From: Eledone cirrhosa | Taxonomy: Eukaryota | Direction of reading: 5' to 3' | DNA length: 64,000 nucleotides | NCBI GenBank assembly: GCA_964016885.1 | Contig: OZ024749.1 | Coordinates: 11,718,001-11,782,000, forward strand | In this document: in pieces, positions 37,600-52,900 of the stretch | Layout: every line of letters begins with the position of its first letter | Position numbering within the stretch: position 1 is the stretch's first letter | Position numbers and translations under genes: made by a program | Notes under the pieces: generated by a model | Databases searched by the model: none | Told to the model about the DNA's origin: nothing | Seen by the model: only the letters and a program-made list of their open reading frames with translations

Positions 37600-40440
37600 C
37601 CTCATAAACAGGATGTGTCAGGTGACCAACATCATCCTTTTGTTCCAGCAGTAGCTGGAGAAAACAATCTACAATTGTTTCGGTGTTTTGCTCAAATGTT
37701 TACATTGATCATCTTTGCCAGGGTTTTCGTGAGGGGCCACATTTCTGCTCCATAGAGGAGAAGGGAGAGGACCAATGCTTTGTAAATATGGAGTTTCATC
37801 TTTTGGGAGATTGAGCAATGGCACCAAAGGGGCTTCCATAGGGAGTGCATGACCCCAGTGGCCAGGCCACATCTGCAGTTGAGGTTTGGGGTCAGATCTC
37901 CATTGCTTGGTGACAGTTGAGCCTAGGTAAATGAAGGAACTGACAAACTCTATGATGTCAAGGCCAATATGAAGCGAAGGTGGACCTGGGCCATTGCTGA
38001 CATCAGCTTTGTCTTCACCCAGCTCACCTGAAGACCAAGCTTTGATGATTCCTCCCAGTGTATGGTCTGTACATCTCTGAGCTGATTGATGGAGTTGCTG
38101 AATGGGGAGGGGTGGAGGTGGGGTGTCATCTGCGTACTCCAGGTTAGTAAAGTGGTAATTCGTGAAGGTAATGCCAGAAACTCACTCACAGACATTGGTC
38201 ATCAAATAGTCAATAGCCACGCAGCCCTGTCTGATAGGGAACCAGTTGGTGTCCTTCACATTCACCTGCACGCAGCTCTCAGCACTGCTATAGAGCCATT
38301 GGAACAAGGTGGTGATCTTGGGTGGCCTTGAGGTTGATGAAGGTGACATAAAGGCAGCGATCTCTACAGAACTCTTGAGATTTTTCTGATAATGAGGCGA
38401 AGGGCAGAAATGTGTCAGCGTTGGATCAATTAGGCATGAATCCAGCTTGTTGTGGGCGACATCCACTTCTGATGGCTGGAAGCACTGTTGAGTAGGATCT
38501 TGGTGAAGATCTTGCTTGGGATGGAAAGAAGAGTGATACGCCTGGGGTTGCTGCAGATGAGTTTGTCACCCTTCCATTTCTAGAAGGGGAGTATAATGCT
38601 TCGGGTCCAGTCATTTGAAAGCTGCTCTGACACCCATACATGGTTGATGATAGGAGTGAGCCACTGGATCATGTTATCTCCACCCGCCTTCAACATCTCC
38701 ATGGTGATAGTGCAGATTCCAGGTAATTTGTGATTTTTTAGCTTCTTCAGGATGGCTCTGACTTCATCAGGAGCGACTGGATTGAATCTTCAGGAGTTGG
38801 CTACAACCATGTCTGAGGTTGGGATTAGGCAGGGATCAATTGGAACGGATGGGTGATGTAGAAGAAGGCTGAAGTGATCTTTCCAGTGTTCAAGGCAGGT
38901 GGTCTCAATGGTGATGACGTTGCCATTGGTATCCTTCACCGGGCACTGGTACGGGCTCTGCAGAGTATGTTGAATACCTGGCTGAGGTTGTTGTTCCTTG
39001 CCACTGTCTCCAGGTGCTCAGCTTCTTTCGCCCAAAACTTCTTCCAGTCATCCGTGATAGCCTTGTTGCGTATCCAGTTGAGCCAGTGGTATTCATTTAT
39101 GTCACCGTGCTGGTGAGCCTTGTGGCAACAGTTAGTTATCTCCAGCATCTGTGGTGAAATCCTGGGTCATTTGCGAAGAGGTCTTGAGTTTACCAGGATG
39201 TTGCGCACAGGCTGGTTGATACTTGGTTTAAAGACCTTCCCAGTTGTTGGTATCATCCTCAGTCAGGACGCTGAAACAATTGGTGAAAGAGAATACAAAT
39301 GTAGGGGTGATGTTGGGATCGTGGAGACAAGATGAATCAGGGCTGGGCTGATACTTAGTGTCAGGATCCACTTGCAATTTCAGCCTCAGTGTCACAACCA
39401 GCAACCAATGATCAGTATTGCCTAGTTAAGCTCCCTTGTAGACCTGTTGGTGATAAATTACCTTTAGTGGCAGAGGAGATGATGATGTAGTTGATTGCCT
39501 TCTGGGTATAACTGTACCAAGTCCAGTGATAGATGAGTTTACAGGGGAACCAGGTGTCGGCGATACAGAAGTTGTTGTAATGGCAGAGGAGCAGCAGGTG
39601 GTTACCTTTGTCATTGGTGGAGGGGTTGGCGAAGGTTGTGCTAAAGAGCTGAGTCTACAATGGGTCGGTTGGAGGGAACCTTGCGGAAGAAGAGATGATA
39701 GATGATCATGATATGATGTCATGGGGTGGGATTTGTTCTAAAACCTGTTGAAAGTGATCATAGTTGTCATCCTTGACAGTGTCTTCTGTGATGTCTGTAG
39801 GGGCATAGGCAATGACGATAGATATCTTGCCGTGTCAGTGGAGAGAACAGGCGGACAGCACATGGTCACTCTCCGAGTTCTAGCTGACTAGGGACTTGCA
39901 GACATACTTGGGCATGGCCAGTGCCATGTCGCAGAGACCCGTCCTATCCTCAGGGTCACTCCAGATGAGGCAGTGGTCTCCCGCGAAGAATTCCCCATGG
40001 CCAGGCCAGTGTGTCTTGCAAAGTCTTGACAATGTGATGTTGCAGTGGGATAGCTCTTGGGACAGAAGGGTAGCTTCTCCGGGGTGAAGTAGAGACAGGA
40101 TATTCCATGTAGCAACACAAATTTTATGGCACAAATCAATTTCTTATTGGTGAAGGGCAGGCAGGGGTCAGTTCTGATGTTGGGCAGTCTGGTTTCTTTT
40201 GGTTGTTTCATAACATTGGTGTTCTCTTCTGGACGGGTTGTTGGCCCTCTGCAGAATAATGATGGGGCTGCCATCTTGGTGGCAAGTGAACACGGCGCAG
40301 GTCACTGTTGGTTTGGAACCTCCCCGGGTCACCGACTTACCTAGGGTGGCCCTACCAGTAGCAAAGCTCCAGATAGTAACATACAGATTTACGGAACACA
40401 CAAGCCCCCTCCTTCCTCACCACGGCAAGGCCAGACACAT
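37600..40440 (-). mobile_element. Long degraded RTE-clade LINE (5' UTR, APE endonuclease, RT)
   Basis: ICVATWNILSL...ELSHCNITL...THWPGHG (APE N-terminus); RT pieces such as KLGLQVSWVKTKLM and FIYLGS; many stops and frameshifts. Confidence 0.85.
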
Positions 40441-40454
40441 TGCAAAGTATTATT

Positions 40455-40795
40455 AATTGCCTTTCATCCTTACGGGGTTGATAAAATAAAGTACCAGTAA
40501 TGTACTGGGTAATTGCTGTCCTTGTGCCTAAAGTAGAAACAATTATTAGAAATCATCCACCGCCTTTGGCGGTGAATTGGCAGTGTCAGTGGAGGTCGGA
40601 CGCCATGCTTTCCAGCATAGTTAAGTCCCTTTATGATCTGAGTTCAAATCCCGCCGAGGTTGACTTTGCCTTTCATCCTTACGGGGTTGATAAAATAGAG
40701 TACAAGTAATGTACTGAGTACCAACACTTGGATCGATTTAATTGACTTTCCCCTCCTCCAAAGTATTTGGTCTTGTGCCTAATTCAGAAACCATT
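40455..40795 (+). mobile_element. SINE fragment plus SINE copy
   Basis: ggcggtgaattggcag...gagttcaaatcccgccgaggttgactttgcctttcatccttacgggg. Confidence 0.8.
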
Positions 40796-40823
40796 ATTAT
40801 GTTTTTTTTTATTGTTATTATAG

Positions 40824-40958
40824 GTTTTAATTTCTAATGGTATAGAAGAAACAGCAGTACTTATACGTAAAGTCTGTGAACTTTGTCTGATGAGATCAAT
40901 GACTGATACCCAGAAGGAATGGCTTGATCGTGATTGGTTGAAGGAAGATATTTCACAG
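40824..40958 (+). CDS. SHOC1: SHOC1-like visible exon 13 ([45 protein letters not shown])
   Basis: T-rich tag acceptor, CAG|gtatat donor, phase 0-0; closely resembles recalled SHOC1 LIIAPGVEATALIIRQIAD...EWLDKSWL; gene continues beyond the window. Confidence 0.92.
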
Positions 40959-43900
40959 GTATATAACATTGATTGTAGGAAGATGTTTCACAGGTATATA
41001 ACATTGATTGTAGGAAGATATTTCACAGGTATATAACATTGATTGTAGGAAGATATTTCACAGGTGTATAACATTGATTATAGGAAGATATTTCACAGGT
41101 ATATAACATTGATTGTAGGAAGATATTTCACAGGTATATAACATTGATTGTAGGAAGATATTTCACAGGTATATAACATTGATTGTAGGAAGATATTTCA
41201 CAGGTGTATAACATTGATTGTAGGAAGATATTTCACAGGTATATAACATTGATTGTAGGAAGATATTTCACAGGTGTATAACATTCATTGATTGTAGGAA
41301 GATATTTCACAGGTATATAACATTGATTGTAGGAAGATATTTCACAGGTATATAGCATTCATATATAGCATTCATTGATTGTAGGAAGATATTTCACAGG
41401 TATATAACATTGATTGTAGGAAGATATTTCACAGGTATATAACATTGATTGTAGGAAGATATTTCACAGGTGTATAACATTCATTGATTGTAGGAAGATA
41501 TTTCACAGGTATATAACATTGATTGATTGTAGGAAGATATTTCACAGGTATATAACATTCATTGATTGTAGGAAGATATTTCACAGGTATATAACATTGA
41601 TTGATTGTAGGAAGATATTTCACAGGTATATAACATTGATTGTAGGAAGATATTTCACAGGTATATAACATTGATTGTAGGAAGATATTTCACAGGTATA
41701 TAACATTGATTGTAGGAAGATATTTCACAGGTGTATAACATTCATTGATTGTAGGAAGATATTTCACAGGTATATAACATTGATTGTAGGAAGATATTTC
41801 ACAGGTATATAACATTGATTGTAGGAAGATATTTCACAGGTATATAACATTGATTGTAGGAAGATATTTCACAGGTGTATAACATTCATTGATTGTAGGA
41901 AGATATTTCACAGGTATATAACATTGATTGTAGGAAGATATTTCACAGGTATATAACATTGATTGTAGGAAGATATTTCACAGGTATATAACATTGATTG
42001 TAGGAAGATATTTCACAGGTATATAACATTGATTGTAGGAAGATATTTCACAGGTATATAACATTGATTGTAGGAAGATATTTCACAGGTATATAACAAT
42101 GATTGTAGGAAGATATTTCACAGGTATATAACATTGATTGTAGGAAGATATTTCACAGGTGTATAGCATTCATTGATTGTAGGAAGATATTTCACAGGTA
42201 TATAACATTGATTGTAGGAAGATATTTCACAGGTATATAACATTGATTGTAGGAAGATATTTCACAGGTGTATAGCATTCATTGATTGTAGGAAGATATT
42301 TCACAGGTATATAACATTGATTGTAGGAAGATATTTCACAGGTATATAACATTGATTGTAGGAAGATATTTCACAGGTATATAACATTGATTGTAGGAAG
42401 ATATTTCACAGGTGTATAACATTCATTGATTGTAGGAAGATATTTCACAGGTATATAACATTGATTGTAGGAAGATATTTCACAGGTATATAACATTGAT
42501 TGTAGGAAGATATTTCACAGGTGTATAACATTGATTGTAGGAAGATATTTCACAGGTATATAACATTGATTGTAGGAAGATATTTCACAGGTATATAACA
42601 TTGATTGTAGGAAGATATTTCACAGGTATATAACATTGATTGTAGGAAGATATTTCACAGGTATATAACATTGATTGTAGGAAGATATTTCACAGGTGTA
42701 TATCATTCATTGATTGTAGGAAGATATTTCACAGGTATATAACATTGATTGTAGGAAGATATTTCACAGGTATATAACATTGATTGTAGGAAGATATTTC
42801 ACAGGTGTATAACATTGATTGTAGGAAGATATTTCACAGGTATATAACATTGATTGTAGGAAGATATTTCACAGGTGTATAACATTGATTGTAGGAAGAT
42901 ATTTCACAGGTGTATAACATTCATTGATTGTAGGAAGATATTTCACAGGTATATAACATTGATTGTAGGAAGATATTTCACAGGTGTATAGCATTCATTG
43001 ATTGTAGGAAGATATTTCACAGGTATATAACATTGATTGTAGGAAGATATTTCACAGGTATATAACATTGATTGTAGGAAGATATTTCACAGGTATATAA
43101 CATTGATTGTAGGAAGATATTACACAGGTGTATAGCATTCATTGATTGTAGGAAGATATTTCACAGGTATATAACATTGATTGTAGGAAGATATTTCACA
43201 GGTATATAACATTGATTGATTGTAGGAAGATATTTCAAAGGTGTATAACATTCATTGATTGTAGGAAGATATTTCACAGGTATATAACATTGATTGTAGG
43301 AAGATATTTCACAGGTATATAACATTGATTGATTGTAGGAAGATATTTCACAGGTATATAACATTGATTGTAGGAAGATATTTCACAGGTATATAACATT
43401 GATTGTAGGAAGATATTTCACAGGTATATAACATTGATTGATTGTAGGAAGATATTTCACAGGTATATAACATTGATTGTAGGAAGATATTTCACAGGTG
43501 TATAACATTGATTGTAGGAAGATATTTCACAGGTGTATAACATTGATTGTAGGAAGATATTTCACAGGTGTATAACATTGATTGTAGGAAGATATTTCAC
43601 AGGTATATAACATTGATTGTAGGAAGATATTTCACAGGTGTATAACATTGATTGTAGGAAGATATTTCACAGGTGTATAACATTGATTGTAGGAAGATAT
43701 TTCACAGGTATATAACATTGATTGTAGGAAGATATTTCACAGGTGTATAACATTGATTGTAGGAAGATATTTCACAGGTATATAACATTGATTGTAGGAA
43801 GATATTTCACAGGTATATAACATTGATTGATTGTAGGAAGATATTTCACAGGTGTATAACATTCATTGATTGTAGGAAGATATTTCCCAGGTATATAACA

Positions 43901-46900
43901 TTGATTGTAGGAAGATATTTCACAGGTATATAACATTGATTGATTGTAGGAAGATATTTCACAGGTGTATAACATTCATTGATTGTAGGAAGATATTTCA
44001 CAGGTATATAACGTTGATTGTAGGAAGATATTTCACAGGTATATAACATTGATTGATTGTAGGAAGATATTTCACAGGTATATAACATTCATTGATTATA
44101 GGAAGATATTTCACAGGTATATAACATTGATTGTAGGAAGATATTTCACAGGTGTATAACATTCATTGATTGTAGGAAGATATTTCACAGGTATATAACA
44201 TTGATTGTAGGAAGATATTTCACAGGTGTATAACATTGATTGTAGGAAGATATTTCACAGGTATATAACATTGATTGATTGTAGGAAGATATTTCACAGG
44301 TATATAACATTGATTGTAGGAAGATATTTCACAGGTGTATAACATTGATTGTAGGAAGATATTTCACAGGTATATAACATTGATTGTAGGAAGATATTTC
44401 ACAGGTATATAACATTGATTGTAGGAAGATATTTCACAGGTGTATAACATTGATTGTAGGAAGATATTTCACAGGTATATAACATTGATTGTAGGAAGAT
44501 ATTTCACAGGTGTATAACATTCATTGATTGTAGGAAGATATTTCACAGGTATATAACATTGATTGTAGGAAGATATTTCACAGGTATATAACATTGATTG
44601 ATTGTAGGAAGATATTTCACAGGTATATAACATTGATTGTAGGAAGATATTTCACAGATGTATAACATTCATTGATTGTAGGAAGATATTTCACAGGTAT
44701 ATAACATTGATTGTAGGAAGATATTTCACAGGTATATAACATTGATTGTAGGAAGATATTTCACAGGTATATAACATTGATTGTAGGAAGATATTTCACA
44801 GGTGTATAACATTCATTGATTGTAGGAAGATATTTCACAGGTGTATAACATTGATTGTAGGAAGATATTTCACAGGTGTATAACATTGATTGTAGGAAGA
44901 TATTTCACAGGTATATAACATTGATTGATTGTAGGAAGATATTTCACAGGTATATAACATTGATTGTAGGAAGATATTTCACAGGTATATAACATTGATT
45001 GTAGGAAGATATTTCACAGGTATATAACATTGATTGATTGTAGGAAGATATTTCACAGGTATATAACATTGATTGTAGGAAGATATTTCACAGGTGTATA
45101 ACATTGATTGTAGGAAGATATTTCACAGGTGTATAACATTGATTGTAGGAAGATATTTCACAGGTGTATAACATTGATTGTAGGAAGATATTTCACAGGT
45201 ATATAACATTGATTGTAGGAATATATTTCACAGGTATATAACATTGATTGTAGGAAGATATTTCACAGGTATATAACATTGATTGATTGTAGGAAGATAT
45301 TTCACAGGTATATAACATTGATTGTAGGAAGATATTTCACAGGTATATAACATTGATTGTAGGAAGATATTTCACAGGTGTATAACATTGATTGTAGGAA
45401 GATATTTCACAGGTATATAACATTGATTGTAGGAAGATATTTCACAGGTATATAACATTGATTGATTGTAGGAAGATATTTCACAGGTGTATAACATTCA
45501 TTGATTGTAGGAAGATATTTCACAGGTATATAACATTGATTGTAGGAAGATATTTCACAGGTATATAACATTGATTGATTGTAGGAAGATATTTCACAGG
45601 TATATAACATTCATTGATTGTAGGAAGATATTTCACAGGTATATAACATTGATTGTAGGAAGATATTTCACAGGTGTATAACATTGATTGTAGGAAGATA
45701 TTTCACAGGTATATAACATTCATTGATTGTAGGAAGATATTTCACAGGTATATAACATTGATTGATTGTAGGAAGATATTTCACAGGTATATAACATTGA
45801 TTGATTGTAGGAAGATATTTCACAGGTATATAACATTGATTGTAGGAAGATATTTCACAGGTATATAACATTGATTGTAGGAAGATATTTCACAGGTGTA
45901 TAACATTCATTGATTGTAGGAAGATATTTCACAGGTATATAACATTGATTGTAGGAAGATATTTCACAGCTGTATAACATTCATTGATTGTGGGAAGATA
46001 TTTCACAGGTATATAACATTGATTGTAGGAAGATATTTCACAGGTGTATAACATTCATTGATTGTAGGAAGATATTTCACAGGTATATAACATTGATTGT
46101 AGGAAGATATTTCACAGGTGTATAACATTGATTGTAGGAAGATATTTCACAGGTGTATAACATTGATTGTAGGAAGATATTTCACAGGTATATAACATTG
46201 ATTGTAGGAAGATATTTCACAGGTGTATAACATTGATTGTAGGAAGATATTTCACAGGTATATAACATTGATTGTAGGAAGATATTTCACAGGTATATAA
46301 CATTGATTGATTGTAGGAAGATATTTCACAGGTATATAGCATTCATATATAGCATTTATTGATTGTAGGAAGATATTTCACAGGTATATAACATTGATTG
46401 TAGGAAGATATTTCACAGGTATATAACATTCATTGATTGTAGGAAGATATTTCACAGGTATATAACATTCATTGATTGTAGGAAGATATTTCACAGGTGT
46501 ATAACATTCATTGATTGTAGGAAGATATTTCAAAGGTGTATAACATTCATTGATTGTAGGAAGATATTTCACAGGTGTATAACATTGATTGTAGGAAGAT
46601 ATTTCACAGGTGTATAACATTGATTGATTGTAGGAAGATATTTCACAGGTATATAACATTGATTGTAGGAAGATATTTCACAGGTATATAACATTGATTG
46701 TAGGAAGATATTTCATAGGTGTATAACATTGATTGTAGGAAGATATTTCACAGGTGTATAACATTCATTGATTGTAGGAAGATATTTCACAGGTATATAA
46801 CATTGATTGTAGGAAGATATTTCACAGGTATATAACATTCATTAATTGTAGGAAGATATTTCACAGGTGTATAACATTGATTGTAGGAAGATATTTCACA

Positions 46901-49900
46901 GGTATATAACATTGATTGTAGGAAGATATTTCACAGGTGTATAACATTCATTGATTGTAGGAAGATATTTCACAGGTGTATAACATTCATTGATTGTAGG
47001 AAGATATTTCACAGGTGTATAACATTCATTGATTGTAGGAAGATATTTCACAGGTGTATAACATTCATTGATTGTAGGAAGATATTTCACAGGTATATAA
47101 CATTGATTGTAGGAAGATATTTCACAGGTATATAACATTCATTGATTGTAGGAAGATATTTCACAGGTATATAACATTGATTGATTGTAGGAAGATATTT
47201 CACAGGTATATAACATTGATTGTAGGAAGATATTTCACAGGTGTATAACATTCATTGATTGTAGGAAGATATTTCACAGGTATATAACATTGATTGTAGG
47301 AAGATATTTCACAGGTGTATAGCATTCATTGATTGTAGGAAGATATTTCACAGGTATATAACATTGATTGTAGGAAGATATTTCACAGGTATATAACATT
47401 GATTGTAGGAAGATATTTCACAGGTATATAACATTGATTGTAGGAAGATATTACACAGGTGTATAGCATTCATTGATTGTAGGAAGATATTTCACAGGTA
47501 TATAACATTGATTGTAGGAAGATATTTCACAGGTATATAACATTGATTGATTGTAGGAAGATATTTCAAAGGTGTATAACATTCATTGATTGTAGGAAGA
47601 TATTTCACAGGTATATAACATTGATTGTAGGAAGATATTTCACAGGTATATAACATTGATTGTAGGAAGATATTTCACAGGTATATAACATTGATTGTAG
47701 GAAGATATTTCACAGGTATATAACATTGATTGTAGGAAGATATTTCACAGGTATATAACATTGATTGTAGGAAGATATTTCACAGGTATATAACATTGAT
47801 TGTAGGAAGATATTTCACAGGTATATAACATTGATTGTAGGAAGATATTTCACAGGTGTATAACATTGATTGTAGGAAGATATTTCAAAGGTGTATAACA
47901 TTGATTGTAGTAAGATATTTCACAGGTGTATAACATTCATTGATTGTAGGAAGATATTTCACAGGTGTATAACATTGATTGTAGGAAGATATTTCACAGG
48001 TGTATAACATTGATTGTAGGAAGATATTTCACAGGTATATAACATTGATTGATTGTAGGAAGATATTTCACAGGTATATAACATTGATTGTAGGAAGATA
48101 TTTCACAGGTATATAACATTGATTGTAGGAAGATATTTCACAGGTATATAACATTGATTGATTGTAGGAAGATATTTCACAGGTATATAACATTGATTGT
48201 AGGAAGATATTTCACAGGTGTATAACATTGATTGTAGGAAGATATTTCACAGGTGTATAACATTGATTGTAGGAAGATATTTCACAGGTGTATAACATTG
48301 ATTGTAGGAAGATATTTCACAGGTATATAACATTGATTGTAGGAAGATATTTCACAGGTGTATAACATTGATTGTAGGAAGATATTTCACAGGTGTATAA
48401 CATTGATTGTAGGAAGATATTTCACAGGTATATAACATTGATTGTAGGAAGATATTTCACAGGTGTATAACATTGATTGTAGGAAGATATTTCACAGGTA
48501 TATAACATTGATTGTAGGAAGATATTTCACAGGTATATAACATTGATTGATTGTAGGAAGATATTTCACAGGTGTATAACATTCATTGATTGTAGGAAGA
48601 TATTTCACAGGTATATAACATTGATTGTAGGAAGATATTTCACAGGTATATAACATTGATTGTAGGAAGATATTTCACAGGTATATAACATTCATTGATT
48701 ATAGGAAGATATTTCACAGGTATATAACATTGATTGTAGGAAGATATTTCACAGGTGTATAACATTCATTGATTGTAGGAAGATATTTCACAGGTATATA
48801 ACATTGATTGTAGGAAGATATTTCACAGGTGTATAACATTGATTGTAGGAAGATATTTCACAGGTATATAACATTCATTGATTGTAGGAAGATATTTCAC
48901 AGGTATATAACATTGATTGTAGGAAGATATTTCACAGGTATATAACATTGATTGTAGGAAGATATTTCACAGGTATATAACATTGATTGTAGGAAGATAT
49001 TTCACAGGTATATAACATTGATTGTAGGAAGATATTTCACAGGTATATAACATTGATTGTAGGAAGATATTTCACAGGTATATAACATTTATTGTAGGAA
49101 GATATTTCACAGGTATATAACATTGATTGTAGGAAGATATTTCACAGGTATATAACATTGATTGTAGGAAGATATTTCACAGGTATATAACAATGATTGT
49201 AGGAAGATATTTCACAGGTATATAACATTGATTGTAGGAAGATATTTCACAGGTGTATAGCATTCATTGATTGTAGGAAGATATTTCACAGGTATATAAC
49301 ATTGATTGTAGGAAGATATTTCACAGGTATATAACATTGATTGTAGGAAGATATTTCACAGGTGTATAGCATTCATTGATTGTAGGAAGATATTTCACAG
49401 GTATATAACATTGATTGTAGGAAGATATTTCACAGGTATATAACATTGATTGTAGGAAGATATTTCACAGGTATATAACATTGATTGTAGGAAGATATTT
49501 CACAGGTGTATAACATTCATTGATTGTAGGAAGATATTTCACAGGTATATAACATTGATTGTAGGAAGATATTTCACAGGTATATAACATTGATTGTAGG
49601 AAGATATTTCACAGGTGTATAACATTGATTGTAGGAAGATATTTCACAGGTATATAACATTGATTGTAGGAAGATATTTCACAGGTATATAACATTGATT
49701 GTAGGAAGATATTTCACAGGTATATAACATTGATTGTAGGAAGATATTTCACAGGTATATAACATTGATTGTAGGAAGATATTTCACAGGTGTATATCAT
49801 TCATTGATTGTAGGAAGATATTTCACAGGTATATAACATTGATTGTAGGAAGATATTTCACAGGTATATAACATTGATTGTAGGAAGATATTTCACAGGT

Positions 49901-52900
49901 GTATAACATTGATTGTAGGAAGATATTTCACAGGTATATAACATTGATTGTAGGAAGATATTTCACAGGTGTATAACATTGATTGTAGGAAGATATTTCA
50001 CAGGTGTATAACATTCATTGATTGTAGGAAGATATTTCACAGGTATATAACATTGATTGTAGGAAGATATTTCACAGGTGTATAGCATTCATTGATTGTA
50101 GGAAGATATTTCACAGGTATATAACATTGATTGTAGGAAGATATTTCACAGGTATATAACATTGATTGTAGGAAGATATTTCACAGGTATATAACATTGA
50201 TTGTAGGAAGATATTACACAGGTGTATAGCATTCATTGATTGTAGGAAGATATTTCACAGGTATATAACATTGATTGTAGGAAGATATTTCACAGGTATA
50301 TAACATTGATTGATTGTAGGAAGATATTTCAAAGGTGTATAACATTCATTGATTGTAGGAAGATATTTCACAGGTATATAACATTGATTGTAGGAAGATA
50401 TTTCACAGGTATATAACATTGATTGATTGTAGGAAGATATTTCACAGGTATATAACATTGATTGTAGGAAGATATTTCACAGGTATATAACATTGATTGT
50501 AGGAAGATATTTCACAGGTATATAACATTGATTGATTGTAGGAAGATATTTCACAGGTATATAACATTGATTGTAGGAAGATATTTCACAGGTGTATAAC
50601 ATTGATTGTAGGAAGATATTTCACAGGTGTATAACATTGATTGTAGGAAGATATTTCACAGGTGTATAACATTGATTGTAGGAAGATATTTCACAGGTAT
50701 ATAACATTGATTGTAGGAAGATATTTCACAGGTATATAACATTGATTGATTGTAGGAAGATATTTCACAGGTATATAACATTGATTGTAGGAAGATATTT
50801 CACAGGTATATAACATTGATTGTAGGAAGATATTTCACAGGTATATAACATTGATTGATTGTAGGAAGATATTTCACAGGTGTATAACATTCATTGATTG
50901 TAGGAAGATATTTCACAGGTATATAACATTGATTGTAGGAAGATATTTCACAGGTATATAACATTGATTGATTGTAGGAAGATATTTCACAGGTATATAA
51001 CATTGATTGTAGGAAGATATTTCACAGGTGTATAACATTGATTGTAGGAAGATATTTCACAGGTATATAACATTCATTGATTGTAGGAAGATATTTCACA
51101 GGTATATAACATTGATTGTAGGAAGATATTTCACAGGTGTATAACATTGATTGTAGGAAGATATTTCACAGGTATATAACATTGATTGTAGGAAGATATT
51201 TCACAGGTATATAACATTGATTGTAGGAAGATATTTCACAGGTGTATAACATTGATTGTAGGAAGATATTTCACAGGTATATAACATTGATTGTAGGAAG
51301 ATATTTCACAGGTGTATAACATTCATTGATTGTAGGAAGATATTTCACAGGTATATAACATTGATTGTAGGAAGATATTTCACAGGTATATAACATTGAT
51401 TGATTGTAGGAAGATATTTCACAGGTATATAACATTGATTGTAGGAAGATATTTCACAGGTGTATAACATTCATTGATTGTAGGAAGATATTTCACAGGT
51501 ATATACCATTGATTGTAGGAAGATATTTCACAGGTATATAACATTGATTGTAGGAAGATATTTCACAGGTATATAACATTGATTGTAGGAAGATATTTCA
51601 CAGGTGTATAACATTCATTGATTGTAGGAAGATATTTCACAGGTGTATAACATTGATTGTAGGAAGATATTTCACAGGTGTATAACATTGATTGTAGGAA
51701 GATATTTCACAGGTATATAACATTGATTGATTGTAGGAAGATATTTCACAGGTATATAACATTGATTGTAGGAAGATATTTCACAGGTATATAACATTGA
51801 TTGTAGGAAGATATTTCACAGGTATATAACATTGATTGATTGTAGGAAGATATTTCACAGGTATATAACATTGATTGTAGGAAGATATTTCACAGGTGTA
51901 TAACATTGATTGTAGGAAGATATTTCACAGGTGTATAACATTGATTGTAGGAAGATATTTCACAGGTATATAACATTGATTGTAGGAAGATATTTCACAG
52001 GTATATAACATTGATTGTAGGAATATATTTCACAGGTATATAACATTGATTGTAGGAAGATATTTCACAGGTATATAACATTGATTGATTGTAGGAAGAT
52101 ATTTCACAGGTATATAACATTGATTGTAGGAAGATATTTCACAGGTATATAACATTGATTGTAGGAAGATATTTCACAGGTGTATAACATTGATTGTAGG
52201 AAGATATTTCACAGGTATATAACATTGATTGTAGGAAGATATTTCACAGGTATATAACATTGATTGATTGTAGGAAGATATTTCACAGGTGTATAACATT
52301 CATTGATTGTAGGAAGATATTTCACAGGTATATAACATTGATTGTAGGAAGATATTTCACAGGTATATAACATTGATTGATTGTAGGAAGATATTTCACA
52401 GGTATATAACATTCATTGATTGTAGGAAGATATTTCACAGGTATATAACATTGATTGTAGGAAGATATTTCACAGGTGTATAACATTGATTGTAGGAAGA
52501 TATTTCACAGGTATATAACATTCATTGATTGTAGGAAGATATTTCACAGGTATATAACATTGATTGATTGTAGGAAGATATTTCACAGGTATATAACATT
52601 GATTGATTGTAGGAAGATATTTCACAGGTATATAACATTGATTGTAGGAAGATATTTCACAGGTATATAACATTGATTGTAGGAAGATATTTCACAGGTG
52701 TATAACATTCATTGATTGTAGGAAGATATTTCACAGGTATATAACATTGATTGTAGGAAGATATTTCACAGCTGTATAACATTCATTGATTGTGGGAAGA
52801 TATTTCACAGGTATATAACATTGATTGTAGGAAGATATTTCACAGGTGTATAACATTCATTGATTGTAGGAAGATATTTCACAGGTATATAACATTGATT

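Noticed and set aside
37600-40440. Active autonomous LINE
   Set aside because: Numerous stops and frameshifts; no long ORF
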